Source: Phoronis australis
Taxonomy: Eukaryota; Animalia; Phoronida
Direction: 5' to 3'
Assembly: GCA_002633005.1 (NCBI GenBank)
Contig: NMRA01000060.1
Location: 1,159,463 to 1,223,462, forward strand
DNA: 64,000 nt
A program made the translations under genes and the position numbers. The notes beneath the pieces were generated by a model. The model worked only from the letters and a program-made list of their open reading frames with translations, made no database searches and had not been told where the DNA came from. Positions 12,536-26,536 of this stretch are shown in pieces; position 1 is the first letter of the stretch, and every line of letters starts with the position of its first letter.

Positions 12536-13166
12536 AATTGAGAAACTGAAATATTGGGACATTATAATTCATTTCCATGTGGTATCTAATCTTCTGAGTC
12601 TTTCAAACACATTGCTGTGCTATATGGTTTACTGTTTAAGTAATTGGTAAGATAGAAAATTCAGAACCCTGCCAAGGTAACAGGCTCTATGATCTAGCAA
12701 TGGTAAATAATCCTGTAAAATACTTGGATCCAACCTGTGGTCTGGATCATCCTTGAAGCGTGATTGGGTTGATGGATTTTTGGAGCATTTCCAACCTGTC
12801 CTGAAAATTCATGTAAAATCCAATAGGTGTCGCTGGGCACTGCAGTCCAAGACAAGACAAGACTGTCTTTAGTTTCATTGTTCAGGGCATTCAATAGATG
12901 TCACTGAGTGTTGCTTTTCATACTGATGTAAGTGTTGACAAGCTGTATCTGGCAAAAATGCTTCCATTCAAAATTCTTTTAGTTTTGATAAGGGTGAGAA
13001 TGGAAATGTCTAATGTTTTGAGGTGAATGCTTTCTTGTAAGTGAAATTACCTTGCTCATCATCATCAGAAAAGCCGATTTTATTGCATTCTTAATTTTGT
13101 TTGTGCAGATAAAACAGTGGGAATAGATTTATTGATCTGCATGGGTTGTGATAAAATTTCACCAGT

Positions 13167-14620
13167 TTAGGATATGATTTGGCGGACAAGTGAAATTTAT
13201 TTTTTTCACCTTTTTTACTAAGTAGCGTCAAGTGAAGGATTATCATTATTAAGTTCTATGCCATCGTTTCCATCAAAAAATGTTTCGAGAAATTATGGGC
13301 CTTGGAGTACCAAATATGGGGCACCAACCGAACTTGTAAGATTCCAATTATTTTTATGTCGCTACGCAGGTACACGGCCACAAGACTGTTCAGCCTCTAA
13401 GGTTTTTACTAGAAGATTTATATTATAGTTTCTGCCACATCCGCAACTTCACCTCAATCAATGGTGTATTCCATCATGCCACTTGCGCACTACTTTGATC
13501 GTTTGATGTTCCACCTGATCTCAGTCAAACCCGACTATCAATTAGTTTATTAAACGGGTTATCAATCACATTGTTATTGCTCATTAGATATAAATAGCTG
13601 CAAAGCTGGCAGCTCCTATTTACGCATTGGCCTATTCTCATAGACCTATGGAGTGGTTCATGTTTCGGATGGATCCCTTTTTCAATACACGCTAAAATTA
13701 CCTGACATAATTACCCAGAGTTCCATGTGGTGATGTCCGAACACAAGCGGAATTCTCTTCATGATGGCTGAGTGCAAGAGGAGTTCACTAAAATGAACCG
13801 GCGTGATGGGGGGAAATGGTATTTTGTCGTATTACTTTTGGCGTGTATGAACAAACGCTGAGACCACAGACCGAATATAGTTCTTTGTTTGCTTTAACAG
13901 TAAGATTCACCATAAATAAATTGATTCATATTAGAGTTTTAAGTTAACTTTGTGATTTGGCCTTGACTGAATTAGTGTCTGTTGAGATATATGCATTGAG
14001 GTACAGTTTAGCTACAAGGTACTCCCTGTCAACAATTACGGCATTGCCGCGCCATTAGGCCCATTGGGCCATGGGCGTCTGTGCAGAACTGTGCTTGTAT
14101 GCAAAACTTAGGCGCATGCGCCAATATGCGAACCACTTGGGTAAAAAGAGGCCATGAAAAAAGGCATTATTTCTGATATAGCCCCATGTGCCTAAAAGCA
14201 CGACAATGCAGTCAGTAGCTGGTAAGGAGAAATGAGTATGCCGATGCGCGTTGTAAAGCATGCCGGTAGGTTTAAGCTTTGATTATGAACCGATGCAGTA
14301 TTCATTTCATTTTGAGGTGCCACTTCTGTTATTTTATAGACACATTAAACTCCTTGACCCTGTGTTATTGGAAAAAATTACTGTGGTTCGGTTACACAAT
14401 GGCATTTCTAGTCTTTTAATAGTCACAAATGCCAATTTCGGACAGAAACATTTGAGGAAAGTACCTTTAACATTGTTGCGAATACCCATAGTTTTTCAAA
14501 ATATTTGCTTGGCGCTAGCTATGGTACAGGACTTGAACATGGCAAAGCGTTAATTTGATGCTGCATGTCTCATAAAAAATGAGAAAATGAAATTTCACTG
14601 GTTCGCCGTACGGTGTCCAA
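13167..14620. mobile_element. Probable ~1.45-kb non-autonomous TIR element
   Basis: ggcggacaagtgaaatttatttttttcacc pairs with the reverse complement of gagaaaatgaaatttcactggttcgcc; the same terminus also appears at ~6985-7030. Confidence 0.45.
13685..13848. mobile_element. MITE (same family as 695-924), nested
   Basis: atacacgctaaaattacctgacataattacc pairs with ggtattttgtcgtattacttttggcgtgtat. Confidence 0.65.
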
Positions 14621-16912
14621 AGTTGGTGGGGTCTTACCATTTGTTACTTCTATCAGTGGTCGTCTTCGTAAATGATGCAGAAAATAAAGAAAATTAATCA
14701 AAGTTGTTAACCTCTTTTCTAACTTGTCTTGGAATTAGCTCCCGTGTGCATCACAATTGCCTTCACTAATATCATAAGGCATTGTAGTGTGCTGCATTTT
14801 CAATCAAAAGTTATTGTCACATGCAACTCTTCTACACTGAATGTCTCGTCTGTTTCATATGCATTTGATGATATGTGCTACGCTATTGATTCCAATCACA
14901 TTCCTCAACTTCTAAAATAATTGCCTCCTTGAAGAAATGGTATTGATTTTCAAGACATTTTCCAAACTCACCATAATCAAAAATTCAATTTCGTCTTCCT
15001 GTCATACCAGGAATTGCCAGTGGCCTTGAAATGCATGTTTCCAATGTGGTACTTGCTGTAAGGGATCTATGCTTACTTTAGGGAAGCCCTGATCATGACT
15101 GACTTGGATCATCAATGTGTATTTGCTGAGGTTCATGACCTCACGACCTTTGTAGCGCCCTCTGGCAAAGCATTATGGGTCGCTGTTGTGCTATTCAGAC
15201 TTCAGCTGTGGTAAAAGAAAGAGGGTTTCCAGTGTCATGTGTTTATTAAATTCTCTAGTTTATTAACTGCTATTGAATTCCTCAGGAAATTTGTCAAGAC
15301 AGGCTAATGAGCATGCAGTGATGTTGAATTTGTGTTTTTGCTTTGGGTATTATTTGTCTGGAGAATTAGAGTTGAATTTGCATGCGTTCAATTAAATGTT
15401 CAAATTGAAATCGCGTGCTCATTAGAGGAGCTTTGTGGCTATCGACTTGTGGAGTTGGCTGTGTTTAAACAGTGCTTGGCAAGCTGGTCAGGATGTTATG
15501 TGAATTATTACCTATGTAAACAAGGCATTGATTGGGAGGAAGCCCAGAGATAATAACTGGAGTCATTACACACAGATTACTGGTAGAGGTGTTGAAATGA
15601 TGGTTGCCTACTGAAGGCCCAGGTGGACCTGCTAGTGGAGTGTCGGTCTCCTCCATATCCTAGCTCTTTTGAGCATCGTGGATCTGCTTGGACTGTGTGG
15701 ATTTCTGCCTAAGCATGGATCTGTTTGTCTGTTGATCACTGTGATGTATTGAGTACAGTTGTGATTGAGTAGGTCATCCTAGGTTATCTAACCTGCCTTC
15801 AATGGAGATTAAATGGTGAATAGATGGGTGCCATTCAGAATCTCAATTTTAATCTGAAGATTTGCAGGACTTAGATGCTGAGGGTCTGCCTTCGACTGAC
15901 CCTGCAGAGTTGTTCGCTTGGCTGTCTGTGAGCACTTTAGTTGTTACAGTTTTCATCCCAGTCTGATGGTGATTTATTGCGTGTCTGTTCCACGTGACTT
16001 GGTACTCAGCCTTTACCTGATTAACACCAGCATGCAGACAGACTGTACTGTTGATGATTGTGCTGTGAGTAGTCTATGAAACCACTGTGGCGCGTGTTCA
16101 AGTGTGTGCTCAGCCAGGTGATTTCTCTAGAGTCTATTTCCCATCAACATGTGGGTCTCTTCGGAAGTATTTGATGTAGATGACTTGCAATCTGCTGTTG
16201 TAATTTCATGACAGGTCATCGCTCTCTGTGGAGGCAGGCTTTGCGGTACTGGCACAGTGTAGTGATATCCCCAGGAACTACTTTGATGAAGACTTAGTGA
16301 CACTTCAAACAGCACTGCTGCGTATGTAAGGAGGACACAGATGGTGCTGTAAATTTCAATGGCACTCATTAGCCAAATGGATTCGTCCCCCCTGAGTGGG
16401 AATTGATTAGCTGTGTGGATACACGAATACATTACGCAATGGTAATGACTAAGAGTCTCTGTGGAGATCTGTGACTAACGAGTTCAGTAGCATCAGTGTC
16501 GGTCACTTCATTGCAAGGATGAGTGCCAATGAGAAGTCGGCATTATCTCTGAGTGGAGGTTTTTTAACACTTCGATGTACTCCTAGATCAGGTATAACAT
16601 ATGGTGCTGTGTTTCAAATTTTGAGGTACTTTTAATGTTAGCTGGAATTCCTTAGGTCAGTTTATAGAGTTCTTGTTGCCACTTTAGGTTTCAAGAACCC
16701 ATTTAATCACAGTTGCGAGATTTTGCAGACGCTTCTTTCTATTTTCTTTAGCAGGATGTCAACTCCTAGCCTAGTTTTCGCCATCGTAAATTAACTAAAT
16801 TGGTTTTTCTAGTTCACGGACTGATATTTTCCCCAGCAGCATTATGTTGTTTTTGCTTGCTGCATTCTCATTTTCTGTTAGTTTTTCCAACAATTGCAAT
16901 GTCAGTAATCAT

Positions 16913-17330
16913 GGGGGGTATTCTCCTATATTTTTGATGAGGGGAGGTGCAGCTGAAAAATTAGGATACCTACCCATTAAGAGAATGGATTCAAAAAGAA
17001 ACCCATTTTTAGGGAGCTTCCTTGAAAATATTAGAAACACCACCCTTTTGAAGCCCAGGGTCAAGTCCGTAAACCTCGCCCTATGACAAGCCTAAAACAC
17101 TGCAGATGCAACATTGTCAGAAATGACTACATCTCAAGTAGATTTGGAAATTGTAAAGGAGTCTTTTGTAGAGTTTCTAACATCCGAAGTGAACCCTTCT
17201 GTGGGGAATCAAGTCTGACACTCTTTCATTGGAAGTTTTGTCTGAAAAGACACCTTTTTCAGGGGTAACTGGTGGTGATAGTTGCCCATCTAAGCGGTCA
17301 CGGCATACCTTCTTTATGGGAGTATACCCC
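16913..17330. mobile_element. MITE-like repeat with GGGGGGTA(C/T)TC / GGGAGTA..CCCC ends
   Basis: ggggggtattctcctata vs tatgggagtatacccc inverted ends. Confidence 0.5.
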
Positions 17331-17700
17331 AGGAATGAGGCATACAGCTGTATGAAATTGGCTTATAACTTGTGAGTGTACTTGTCATTAGAACCTGATG
17401 CCAGTGACCTCAAAATGGAAACAGCTGACGCATTTGGAAGAGGGTTGCAAAGAGGTGCACGATCTTGCTTCCATCCCTTTGGTGGAAATTGGACCAATCA
17501 TTTTTGAAATCAGGCATCCTCCGTGTTGCTGTTTGTTAGAGGCCGGAACCCAGTTGATGAAATTTCAGTCTTGAAGCCCTAATGCCGGCCCTCGTTCGTT
17601 GAGGATCTCCATGTGAAAAACTTTTAACTTATGAATTAGAGCGCTTGCTACATGAAATTGGTCTCTTCTTGCATCATACTCTGGCTGGAAGTGATTTCTG

Positions 17701-17867
17701 GGCCCAGGGTGTAATCCCTGAACTCAGACTTGACTCGGATTCAAATTCGAAACTTGCCCAATCAGGCCGCATCGTTAGAGTGCAAATTTGTTGATTTACT
17801 CGAACCGTGCCATGCCATTGATCAATTTTTGAGTCGAATTTCAAGTACAGGTATTAGACTCCAGGCC
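17701..17867. mobile_element. MITE, PIF/Harbinger-like (GGCC termini)
   Basis: ggcccagggtgtaatccctgaactcagacttgactc pairs with gagtcgaatttcaagtacaggtattagactccaggcc. Confidence 0.6.
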
Positions 17868-18951
17868 TTGGACTTGGGAAGGTCTTACGAATAGTTATCG
17901 CTGGAATCTGAACTGTATCAGGTGGAATTGATAGGTCAACATTCCATGTGCCATAAGCAAAGATGGCTGCTAATAAAATAGAAATAGGCTGGTTTCACGA
18001 CCAAAAGTCCTTTTGACACCAAGGTTTCACAAAAATAAACGTCATATTAAAATCCCATCTGTAGATTTGGAAAATGAATACTATAATTTTTAAAAATATT
18101 GATGATTGATATGAAGAGCCCTGCTGTACATTTTCTAACTTTTAAAAGCAACCATTTGTAGAGTTTTGAACTTCCATTATGAACGTTTTGTAGGAAACTA
18201 AATCGTAAAGGCACTATTTTTGTATGGGATGTTGTCAATCCAACAGAAAAAGGTTGGTTTTGTGTCTGAATGGTGGATATATTTGATTGTTGGTGCTTAA
18301 GGGTTTAATTTTGATGGTTGGCATGACGACTGCAGTATTGTTCAGCAGTTAAAATATAAATTTCGACTTCGTGTATTAATGTTTCCGAATTTCACGAAAC
18401 ATTTTCTTGAACAAAAGTTGTGAGATTGTGATTATGGACACCACAAAACAGACAGTCTTGGCATTTAAGATCAGCGGTACGATCTGTCTGTTCTACAAAA
18501 AGTCACAATTAAGATTATTCAGTAAATGAGTATGGAGGCCTTTTCCCAGTAGGATTTACTGCAAAAGCCGAGAGACTAGGAATATTGGTCACTAAACTAG
18601 GGCTGAAGGAAGGAGCTTACTGACATGTCTAGGCATTTAGCTGAATATCTACTGAACAATAGATTTTAACTTGGTAAAAATACACATTTTTTGAAAGTAG
18701 AAAACATATAGAATTTGATTAACGACTTTGCCAGTCTACCACTAATTCTGTCTTGTGAAAACATCTTTTTACTAAAATTTAGGAAAAAGAAACATTGATA
18801 CTACAGCGATGTACCCAAACACTTTTATGGTGTTGACACATGTCGGCTCTTAATCTATTTAGGTATTGAAAATAGTCACCTCTGTTCAGTAAACCACCTA
18901 GTGAATGTCCAGCTCCCGCTGTTAAAAAAAACATTGTGGTTTTCGCGACTG

Positions 18952-19185
18952 AAAAAGTGGTGGGAATCTTTCGGAGACTTGTATTTCTTATCTTCTAAGT
19001 GGAAGTAAGTGACATCAATGGAGATTAGAAAACTCAACTCAATGATGTTGGCATCAGAGGTTGTGATTTGTTTCTACCTGGCAACCCATTGGAAGGGACA
19101 TAATCGGTCTTATAGACGAAAAAGTTTTGGGGGATTGTTGATTGGGATAGATTTCTTGAAGTCGGTAAGCTTTGATCAGAGCTAT
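18952..19185 (+). repeat. Dispersed repeat, second copy at ~48193-48440
   Basis: aaaagtggtggga...acttgtatt...ggagattagaaaactc...tgatgttggcat..gaggt.gtgatttgtttc shared. Confidence 0.75.
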
Positions 19186-22100
19186 AAAACTGTCTTGGAC
19201 TTGTTGCAAAGTTCTTTTAAATATACTTGAAGAGCATTTTCTTAATTCAGTACTGCATCTAACTTTTAGCTCGTAAAAAGTGAAGATTGGTGACATTCAT
19301 CTGTGGTATCCTGCTAGAAAATCAAAAAAATTTGGAATATGCTGTCTTGAATTCTGTTTGTTAAAAATAATGTCATGTTGAGAGAGCTTCGTTTGGTGAT
19401 ATTTTGCGTACGTTGGTTTCGCACAGAAATTGCTCTCATGAATTTTTAAACGTAACTGAAGCTGAATAATTATTTTTAAACTGAGGCATGTCTGTTTGAT
19501 GATGCATACGTCTGTGGACAGCTAGTTAAATCAGTCTATCACATGTCTACTGAATCCACTGTATCTCAGCTGGCTGTGTAAAGCCCTCAAAAAGCTAGTA
19601 CTTATTAAGAAAGCCTGAACACAGAACAGTAACTAATTTAAAATTCAGCCTAAGGCATGTCTACACAATATCCTGTACTTGCCTCATAAATTGACTTTTT
19701 GTTTAAAATCTGTTCACTGGTTGGCCGTACTGAACTGTGCTATCTTAATCGACAAACGCCATGCTTAGTTACACAAAATTGTCCATCAAAATTGCTTGTC
19801 GTGTGGTATCTTAATTTAAGAAAAGTATTGACAACCTGAAAAAATGATGACGTGTCATGTTTTTACAATGACTGATTATTTTACCTGTCCAGTTAAAGGT
19901 GCATGGCACCCCATTTAGCTGGCTATAAAACAAAATCGAGTAAGATGTTGGATTCTAATAAATTGTTCTCGTGATAATTGTTGCTGTGATAGAAATCTAT
20001 TTCTGTGACCAACAAAAACGTGGAAACCCTCATCAACTTGAACACTAAAGTGTTATTGGAGTTGGCCAGCCCTAAAATTGCAAATTTGAAAGTGGCACAT
20101 GTATAGATTGCCTGCTCATATGGCAACAATTCAAGATGTGATGAGCGTGATGACCTTTTAATCCAAAAGCCCTTCTGCTATGAATTCAACATTGAAAACT
20201 AAAAAGTCGCGAAATACATCTTTAGTAATTTTTGACTTCGGTGACGAGGTTCATTGTATGGGTTGTTTTGAGCAAATCTCATCAATTTAGAACCCATCAA
20301 CAGCACACAGATGAAATTTTATTTTCGGATTTTTTCCCCTGCAAGATATGTGTCACTAAAGTAATAGCTAATTGTATGCAAGTTTTGCATTATAGCGACC
20401 ATCAGACAATATTTTGAAAAGTTGTTGGTTTTCGCAACAACGTGAGAAGTCTCTGAAAAATCAAAGAGGCCGTTTTCGTAATTATTTTTGTTTTGAAATT
20501 GGTGAGATTTTGCCGAATACACGCTTTTTGACTGAAAGCTATGTTCTCCCTTTTGGGTTACCGCGACAGCGAATTGGAATTTTGACTTGGCAGTTTCGGT
20601 TCCTCTGCTACGAATTTGAAAAACAATGTGATGGTTTTGTTTTGACATGTGGGAATTAAGCATACGAGGACATTGAATTTGACTCTAATTGATCAAATTA
20701 AGGATTTTTAGACTCTACATACAAACTCCCTAAGTTAGCGTCTAGCTGCATTTTCAAATATACGTGAGAATTGACATTATTTCCTTTTCTGTATCAAGTA
20801 TGAATTTCTGAACACTGAAGAGGTAAACATATTGATTGGCATTTTTTTCTCCTTGCGTCAGTAACTTGGGATGGCGCCTTCTGTGTCACATTTAGAGCAA
20901 TAGTAGGCGTGAGACGTAAGGTGTTAATATACTTGTTTACTTTAATCTGTTGGCTAGACTTCCGCCCTTGACATTCCCTATTTGGCAATACGTAGCTGTG
21001 GTGCCTTTTGTTTTGATTCTAGCATTAGGGTTTTATTACAAAATCATTTTAGGAGGCTTTTCTTATTGCGAATTCATCAACATGAAAATTGCATAGCTGA
21101 TTAATTGACTCTAAATTTCTTAACAAATCGGTTCCAAAGTTTTTTTGATGCGAAATCTGCCATTTTTCATGGTCAAGGGGAAGTGACAGATCCACTGCGA
21201 ATGATATGCTGGCTCATTCCTGTGAAGCATTAAGTTTGGAAGGCTTGACCCTTTCAGACACAGTCACTAGGTGGCGAGACTGTCTCGTCTATGAGTTAGC
21301 TCACCTAGAACTGCCAAACGACATGTTGAGGAAATAAACCATATTTCATGAGTCTGCTAAAAAATATTTCAGCAAAGGAACAGCTTGAGTAAGAGAGGGC
21401 AGCAGAAGTCGTCAAAAGCAGAAATGGCCGCTTAGCATTACTTTTAATGCTCGGTATTACAAGAGAATGTCGTGTTTTCTTCATCTGAAAATACCACATC
21501 TGGTTACCTGTGGAGATAATCTGACTAGATCTAAATAAAATAATATGCTAGTGTTGACTTACAAAAAATGCTTTCTTAGGGAACACATTTCAAACTGACT
21601 TTGTTAGTTGAGATTAAACAGGAAGTTTCGTCTTTTATGAGGATTTCCCTTTTTTGTTTCAATTTCCTCTTATTTCATTTCCAGTTTTCTCTTTTCTTGT
21701 TTCCTTTTTATCATTATTTTGACTTTATTCATGTAAAAACATTTGTTTCAGTTAAATTTTACAAAACATATTTCCATCACACAAGACATTTATTTGGGAA
21801 TGATACATCACCTGGAAAATTTCCTTCCTTGTTTGTCATTGGGTCATTCCAAACCCTGTAGACATCGAAGGCATCGCTTGACGTCGGAGTTAGATGGCAA
21901 TACGTAAATGTTAAAACCACTTTTTTTAATTTGAAGAATAAAACATAAAATTATTGGATAATAAATGAAATCAAGTGGTTATTGCTGTAATAGGGGTGTT
22001 GTGTATTTGAGGAAAATATTGTGAAATATAGTAATTTCACAACACCTGCCCTTATTGATAATTATGATGAACAGAATTTAACTTTTCACTACACATCAAG

Positions 22101-22520
22101 GCATTCTACTGTTAAATCTACCTATTACTGGTGTAAAAGGCCTTCTCTTACAGTACAGACCAATTGTCCTGAATAATTGGTCTGGACATTGAAATCATTT
22201 TCAATGACAGTGTGGAAAGGTTAGAGACATATTGTGTGTGGTTGAGTGGCGTGGTTTACAATTTGCATTTTAGATAATGAGAAGGTTATATCCCTGGCTC
22301 TTGTTACTAGTCATCATTACATTTCCTTAACTTTGAAATAAAATTAGAAACCCTTTTAGGGCTCGTTTTCTCTAATAGCTTTTGAAATATGATGAAGGCA
22401 GGGAATATAGTGATTCAGTGTTGTTTCTGCTTGCAGGGGCTGAGGACGTGTTTTATCAGAGTTATGAACAACTTAGTGTTGAGTGTACCTTTAACAGTAA
22501 ACTAAAGGCCGACAAGACTC

Positions 22521-22578
22521 CAAATATGCATATTTGGCCTTAAATATGCATATTTGGATTTAAATATGGATATTTGGC
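22521..22578. repeat. 20-bp tandem repeat x3 with palindromic core aaatatgcatattt
   Basis: Seen directly. Confidence 0.75.
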
Positions 22579-23281
22579 TCTGGTTGGAATTAATTTCCTT
22601 TTTGCTGTTACAACTGAACTTAAAAGGAGACAAAGTCCTGCTTTAGTAAAAACATTTACTCAGACAGGCTGTCACAGAATGGAATTAATATTCTTGCTCC
22701 AAACTTTTTTTGAAGGGATTTTTGGGTATTATTTGGTTTTAAATAGCTATATGCAAAAGTCTTTGTTAATAGGCCAAAATGGGGTTTAGTATTCTTTCCA
22801 CCTCTACTATACTTTGGACTGTAAATAGAAAGCCTTGCCTACACATCTCTTCATTGTATAATTCAAATTCAACCAGAGCTACACAAACGCTAATCAACAT
22901 GTTTCAAAGTCCATGTTAATGTTGTGAGGGGTTTGCACTAAGTAAAGTCAGTAATCTCAACTGGTGCCAATAAAAATTACTGCCATAATTGCCCTTTCCC
23001 AGTTTCCAAGTGTTCTGATGAAGTTGTATTGTAATGACAATTGTTTAAATTTTTGCACAACCGTTGCAACAGTTCAGACCTTGAAGGCGGTGAAGCACTA
23101 ATTTAGTGTTACTTATCTTCTATGTAAAAAAATTAGAAAATAGCTTCACTTGTCTACCATATTTGGTCCTACGTTGGTAAGATTTAGCGGAGCTGGTGTG
23201 AATTGTGCTCTTTCCTGTGGAGGCATTTTGTCATAATTCAGTAACTGTTTAAGACTGAGGAGATATTTGTCTTCATTACAG

Positions 23282-23360
23282 TGAGTCCTGTGGAGAGTCC
23301 AAGGATATCCTCACCCAGCCAAAGTAGCCATTTCCCCTTCTCAGTAGGTCTGCTCAAAAG
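23282..23360 (+). CDS. MAST: MAST exon 4 (VSPVESPRISSPSQSSHFPFSVGLLK)
   Basis: cattacag| ... AG|GTGAGT, phase 1->2; matches SPLDSPRNFSP..HFSF. Confidence 0.92.
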
Positions 23361-24329
23361 GTGAGTGTTCAGTGGCAGATCCGCTATTACACAGAGGGGT
23401 CCCCACATGCAGTGTCCAAGTAACAGAGTTTTGCGACAGCCCTGAAAATGGGGTGACGTTGTTTGCATCATGGTCGGAAGGAGGGAACACTCCTCCGTAT
23501 TCACCCATGGTGTTAAGTGGCGACCCACGTAGCATTCATAAGAAGTGACCCCGAGTTTGGTAAGGACTATTGTTGCCTTAAGTTATGTTTCAGTACAAAG
23601 TGTGTTCAGATAGTTACGTTTCCTAAGACAAAGCAACACTAGATCAAAATGCTCTCTATCTCTAGCCCAAGTGACCATGTAAACAAAAATTTTTCTGAGG
23701 CAACCTGTCTCTGGTGCAGGTGGCATTTTACATCATGTTTTTGCACTTTTTCAAAAATGATCTGGTGTCAATTTATTCCGGCGCAAGTAACCCTATGAAT
23801 ACTCTGTTCTCTGTAAAATCCCTGTTTTTTGCCAATTTCACTTTTTTCATTGGTTAGCACTTGGTTGGAATTGAAACAAAGCAGGATTTTAAAAGTTTTC
23901 ACAAAGTAAAGGATTTCCTCCACAAACAAGTTGAGGTTACTAGCATTAGGCTGCCAATGTTCCAGAGATTTCTGTCTCNCCCCCCCCCCCCCGTCAAAGT
24001 TTCATGCTACCATTTCTTCAAGCAGTCCTGTTGGCTTAATACGTGTATATTTCTGACCACCATTGTTGCTGCACCTTAACTGATCACTCTTTTGAGTGAT
24101 TCACAGTCACTGGTTGACAGCTGTGAATGCTCGCTCCGCTTTAACAGTTCACGTTTTAGTGCAATATACTGTGTTTGCTCATTACTGAATGTGTATCACA
24201 GACAGGTGCAGCGTCTATCACGTGTGATTGGATAATTCCATGTAGTCATCAATATCTGTCATAATCAGACAGTTGCATTTTTAGGTGATGTATTGTGCAC
24301 CATGTTTCTAGAAACTAAATTAACCACCT

Positions 24330-24758
24330 AAAGGACCGTTCACAATGGTTGCCATTTTCACGAGCGTACAAACTACGTTTTTGGGGGAGGAGCTTGCTGC
24401 TATTATTCTCTTTTCACGTCCTGAAAATTGCTATGCCAAACAACAGCAGTCAATGTTTCTAATTACTTTGTCACGTCGTAAAAACATGAGGTAACAAACC
24501 ACTAATAGCAGAATTAACACCAAGGTCCAACCAGGAAAAAATCAAATTCACCAAGAATTGTGAAAGTAATGTTTTATTTTCATACCTCACCACAGTACAA
24601 AGCAACAGTGGCATTTTGAAGCGCACTTACAGTTTGTCAGATACAAAATGACAGAACTTACAAAATATCGTCACGCTTTCAGGGGGAGGGGAGAGGGGGT
24701 TGCTAAAAGTACACAGTTTGTAATTTTGTTAAAATGGCAATAATTGTGAATTTTTCCT
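24330..24758. mobile_element. MITE with ~50-bp imperfect TIRs (Harbinger-like)
   Basis: aaggaccgttcacaatggttgccattttcacgagcgtacaaact pairs with agtttgtaattttgttaaaatggcaataattgtgaatttttcct. Confidence 0.6.
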
Positions 24759-26454
24759 AAGTATTGTATTTGTGATCTTTTGTCTGGATTATTGGGCATT
24801 GTTATGGACATGCTACCATAGACAACTAATGACCAGAACTTATCAAGAAAATGCTATCTCGAAGTGATAACTCATTGTCATGCATCCAACTGTTTATCTT
24901 CTGACACAATTTATAGCTTCGATCTCTGTATTGTTGGTACCGCCTGGCTCCAGAACATCAAAAGTCACAGGCATCAAAATGATCAATGGCGACATTACCC
25001 CGTGCATTTTGTCTGGCCATTTTTAGTAATTGTTTTAAAATGAATGTCAAAAACCTCATGGTACAGAGATGAAAATGTTACGATTTCTCTTACTATGGCG
25101 AAACATTGAAAACCACAACTTCAAAAAATTACTCTTGGATACCATCTGGTGTTATATCGTAGAAAAAGCCTTGTTCTATTTGACCGACAGACATATCAAT
25201 TTAACTGTATCAAGCCATGACCCATCAATTCGAACTTGAATATGTCAGTCTTAGGCAGCGACAAAATGATTGTCAGTTCTTCGCTAGCCCAGAAAATGCT
25301 TCCTAGCCACATAAAATAGCTTAGTTGGCTCTGGTCTGGTTTTTTATGAAATTATTGCAGTTATGCAAAAACTTTTAGTTTCAAGTTGTTCAGCTAAAAT
25401 GAGTAATGCCCTTTTTTCCCTTGTGTTGCTAGACTGATCAACCTGAAATGTGTTGGATTGTCTCTTTTGTCAAGTGTGAGGCGCAATTTTCGAAATGAGT
25501 TTGATGCAGTTCAGAACCAATTGTCCTATTGTTTGGCCTTCTCTGAGTAAGGTGAAATAAGCAGCCCAGACTGTTTTGTTTGGCCTTATCTGAGTATGAT
25601 GATGGAAGCTGCCCCTGCTGTGTTCGAGAGTCACTACATTAGCCTGCACTTGTTCCAAAACAGTGATTTCAATCCCACAGTTCAACATACCAGCCTCACC
25701 AATCACTTACTCAATAAGTGGACACCATTGTGCTGTGATAGGCTAGACAGGCCTCAAGCATACTCACAAAGCGCCTGTCTTTCACTCGTGTGATTTTGTA
25801 AAATTTTGCTGTTCACAGAAAACTTGGTGTTTTGACCTCGAAATTGGGGTGGAGTGGAAAGGGNGAGAAGGGGGAATTTTGACTGAATTCCTATATTTAC
25901 CACCATCTGGTGACCACCAGACGATTTCATTTACTGTGCCTTTGCGCGTGTCTTTCTAGTCAAGTCACGTGGTGATTCGCTCTCCACGTACTGCGCGAGC
26001 AACTTGTTCTGGCAGGCATTCGACAGTCAGTCAGGCTCTAGTTAACTTCACTCTCTGATTAATTCTCAGCTCTTAATTTAAGCTGTCTGATACATTGTAT
26101 GTCGTCGTTCCGTTCAATAAACCTTTTTAATTGAATTTAAGTAATCAGTTGTTGCCTTGCAGTCAGCATGCGAATCACATGGTTCAAAGAAAATAGAACA
26201 ATGCTGCACTCGCTCAAACACTGCAACGTTTACAATTAGCTTATTTTGGTAAATATAATTACATCTAAGCAAACGCTCATCACAACCTATTTTGTGACAC
26301 ATTTTCCGTTTATGTCCCCCTTGTATTCAAAAGTGCTGTACCCTCGGACTTACTTTTGAGGTATCGGAAAGGTCAAACATGTCCCTGCAGGTTTACTATC
26401 ACAAATTCCCAGTTCGTGGCTGTTTGTGATGTGTGGTCATTTCTATCCTTCCAG

Positions 26455-26536
26455 AGGTGATGGTCGTCGCTGGTCGTTTGCGTCGCTACCCTCATCCGGC
26501 TATGGCACCAACACACCGGTCAGTTCCAATGTGTCT
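26455..26536 (+). CDS. MAST: MAST exon 5 (DUF1908 start, [21 protein letters not shown])
   Basis: Signature [20 protein letters not shown]; ccag| ... |GTGAGT, phase 2->0. Confidence 0.97.

Noticed and set aside
23979-23992. N bases beside homopolymer runs (also 25864)
   Set aside because: Assembly ambiguity, not biology
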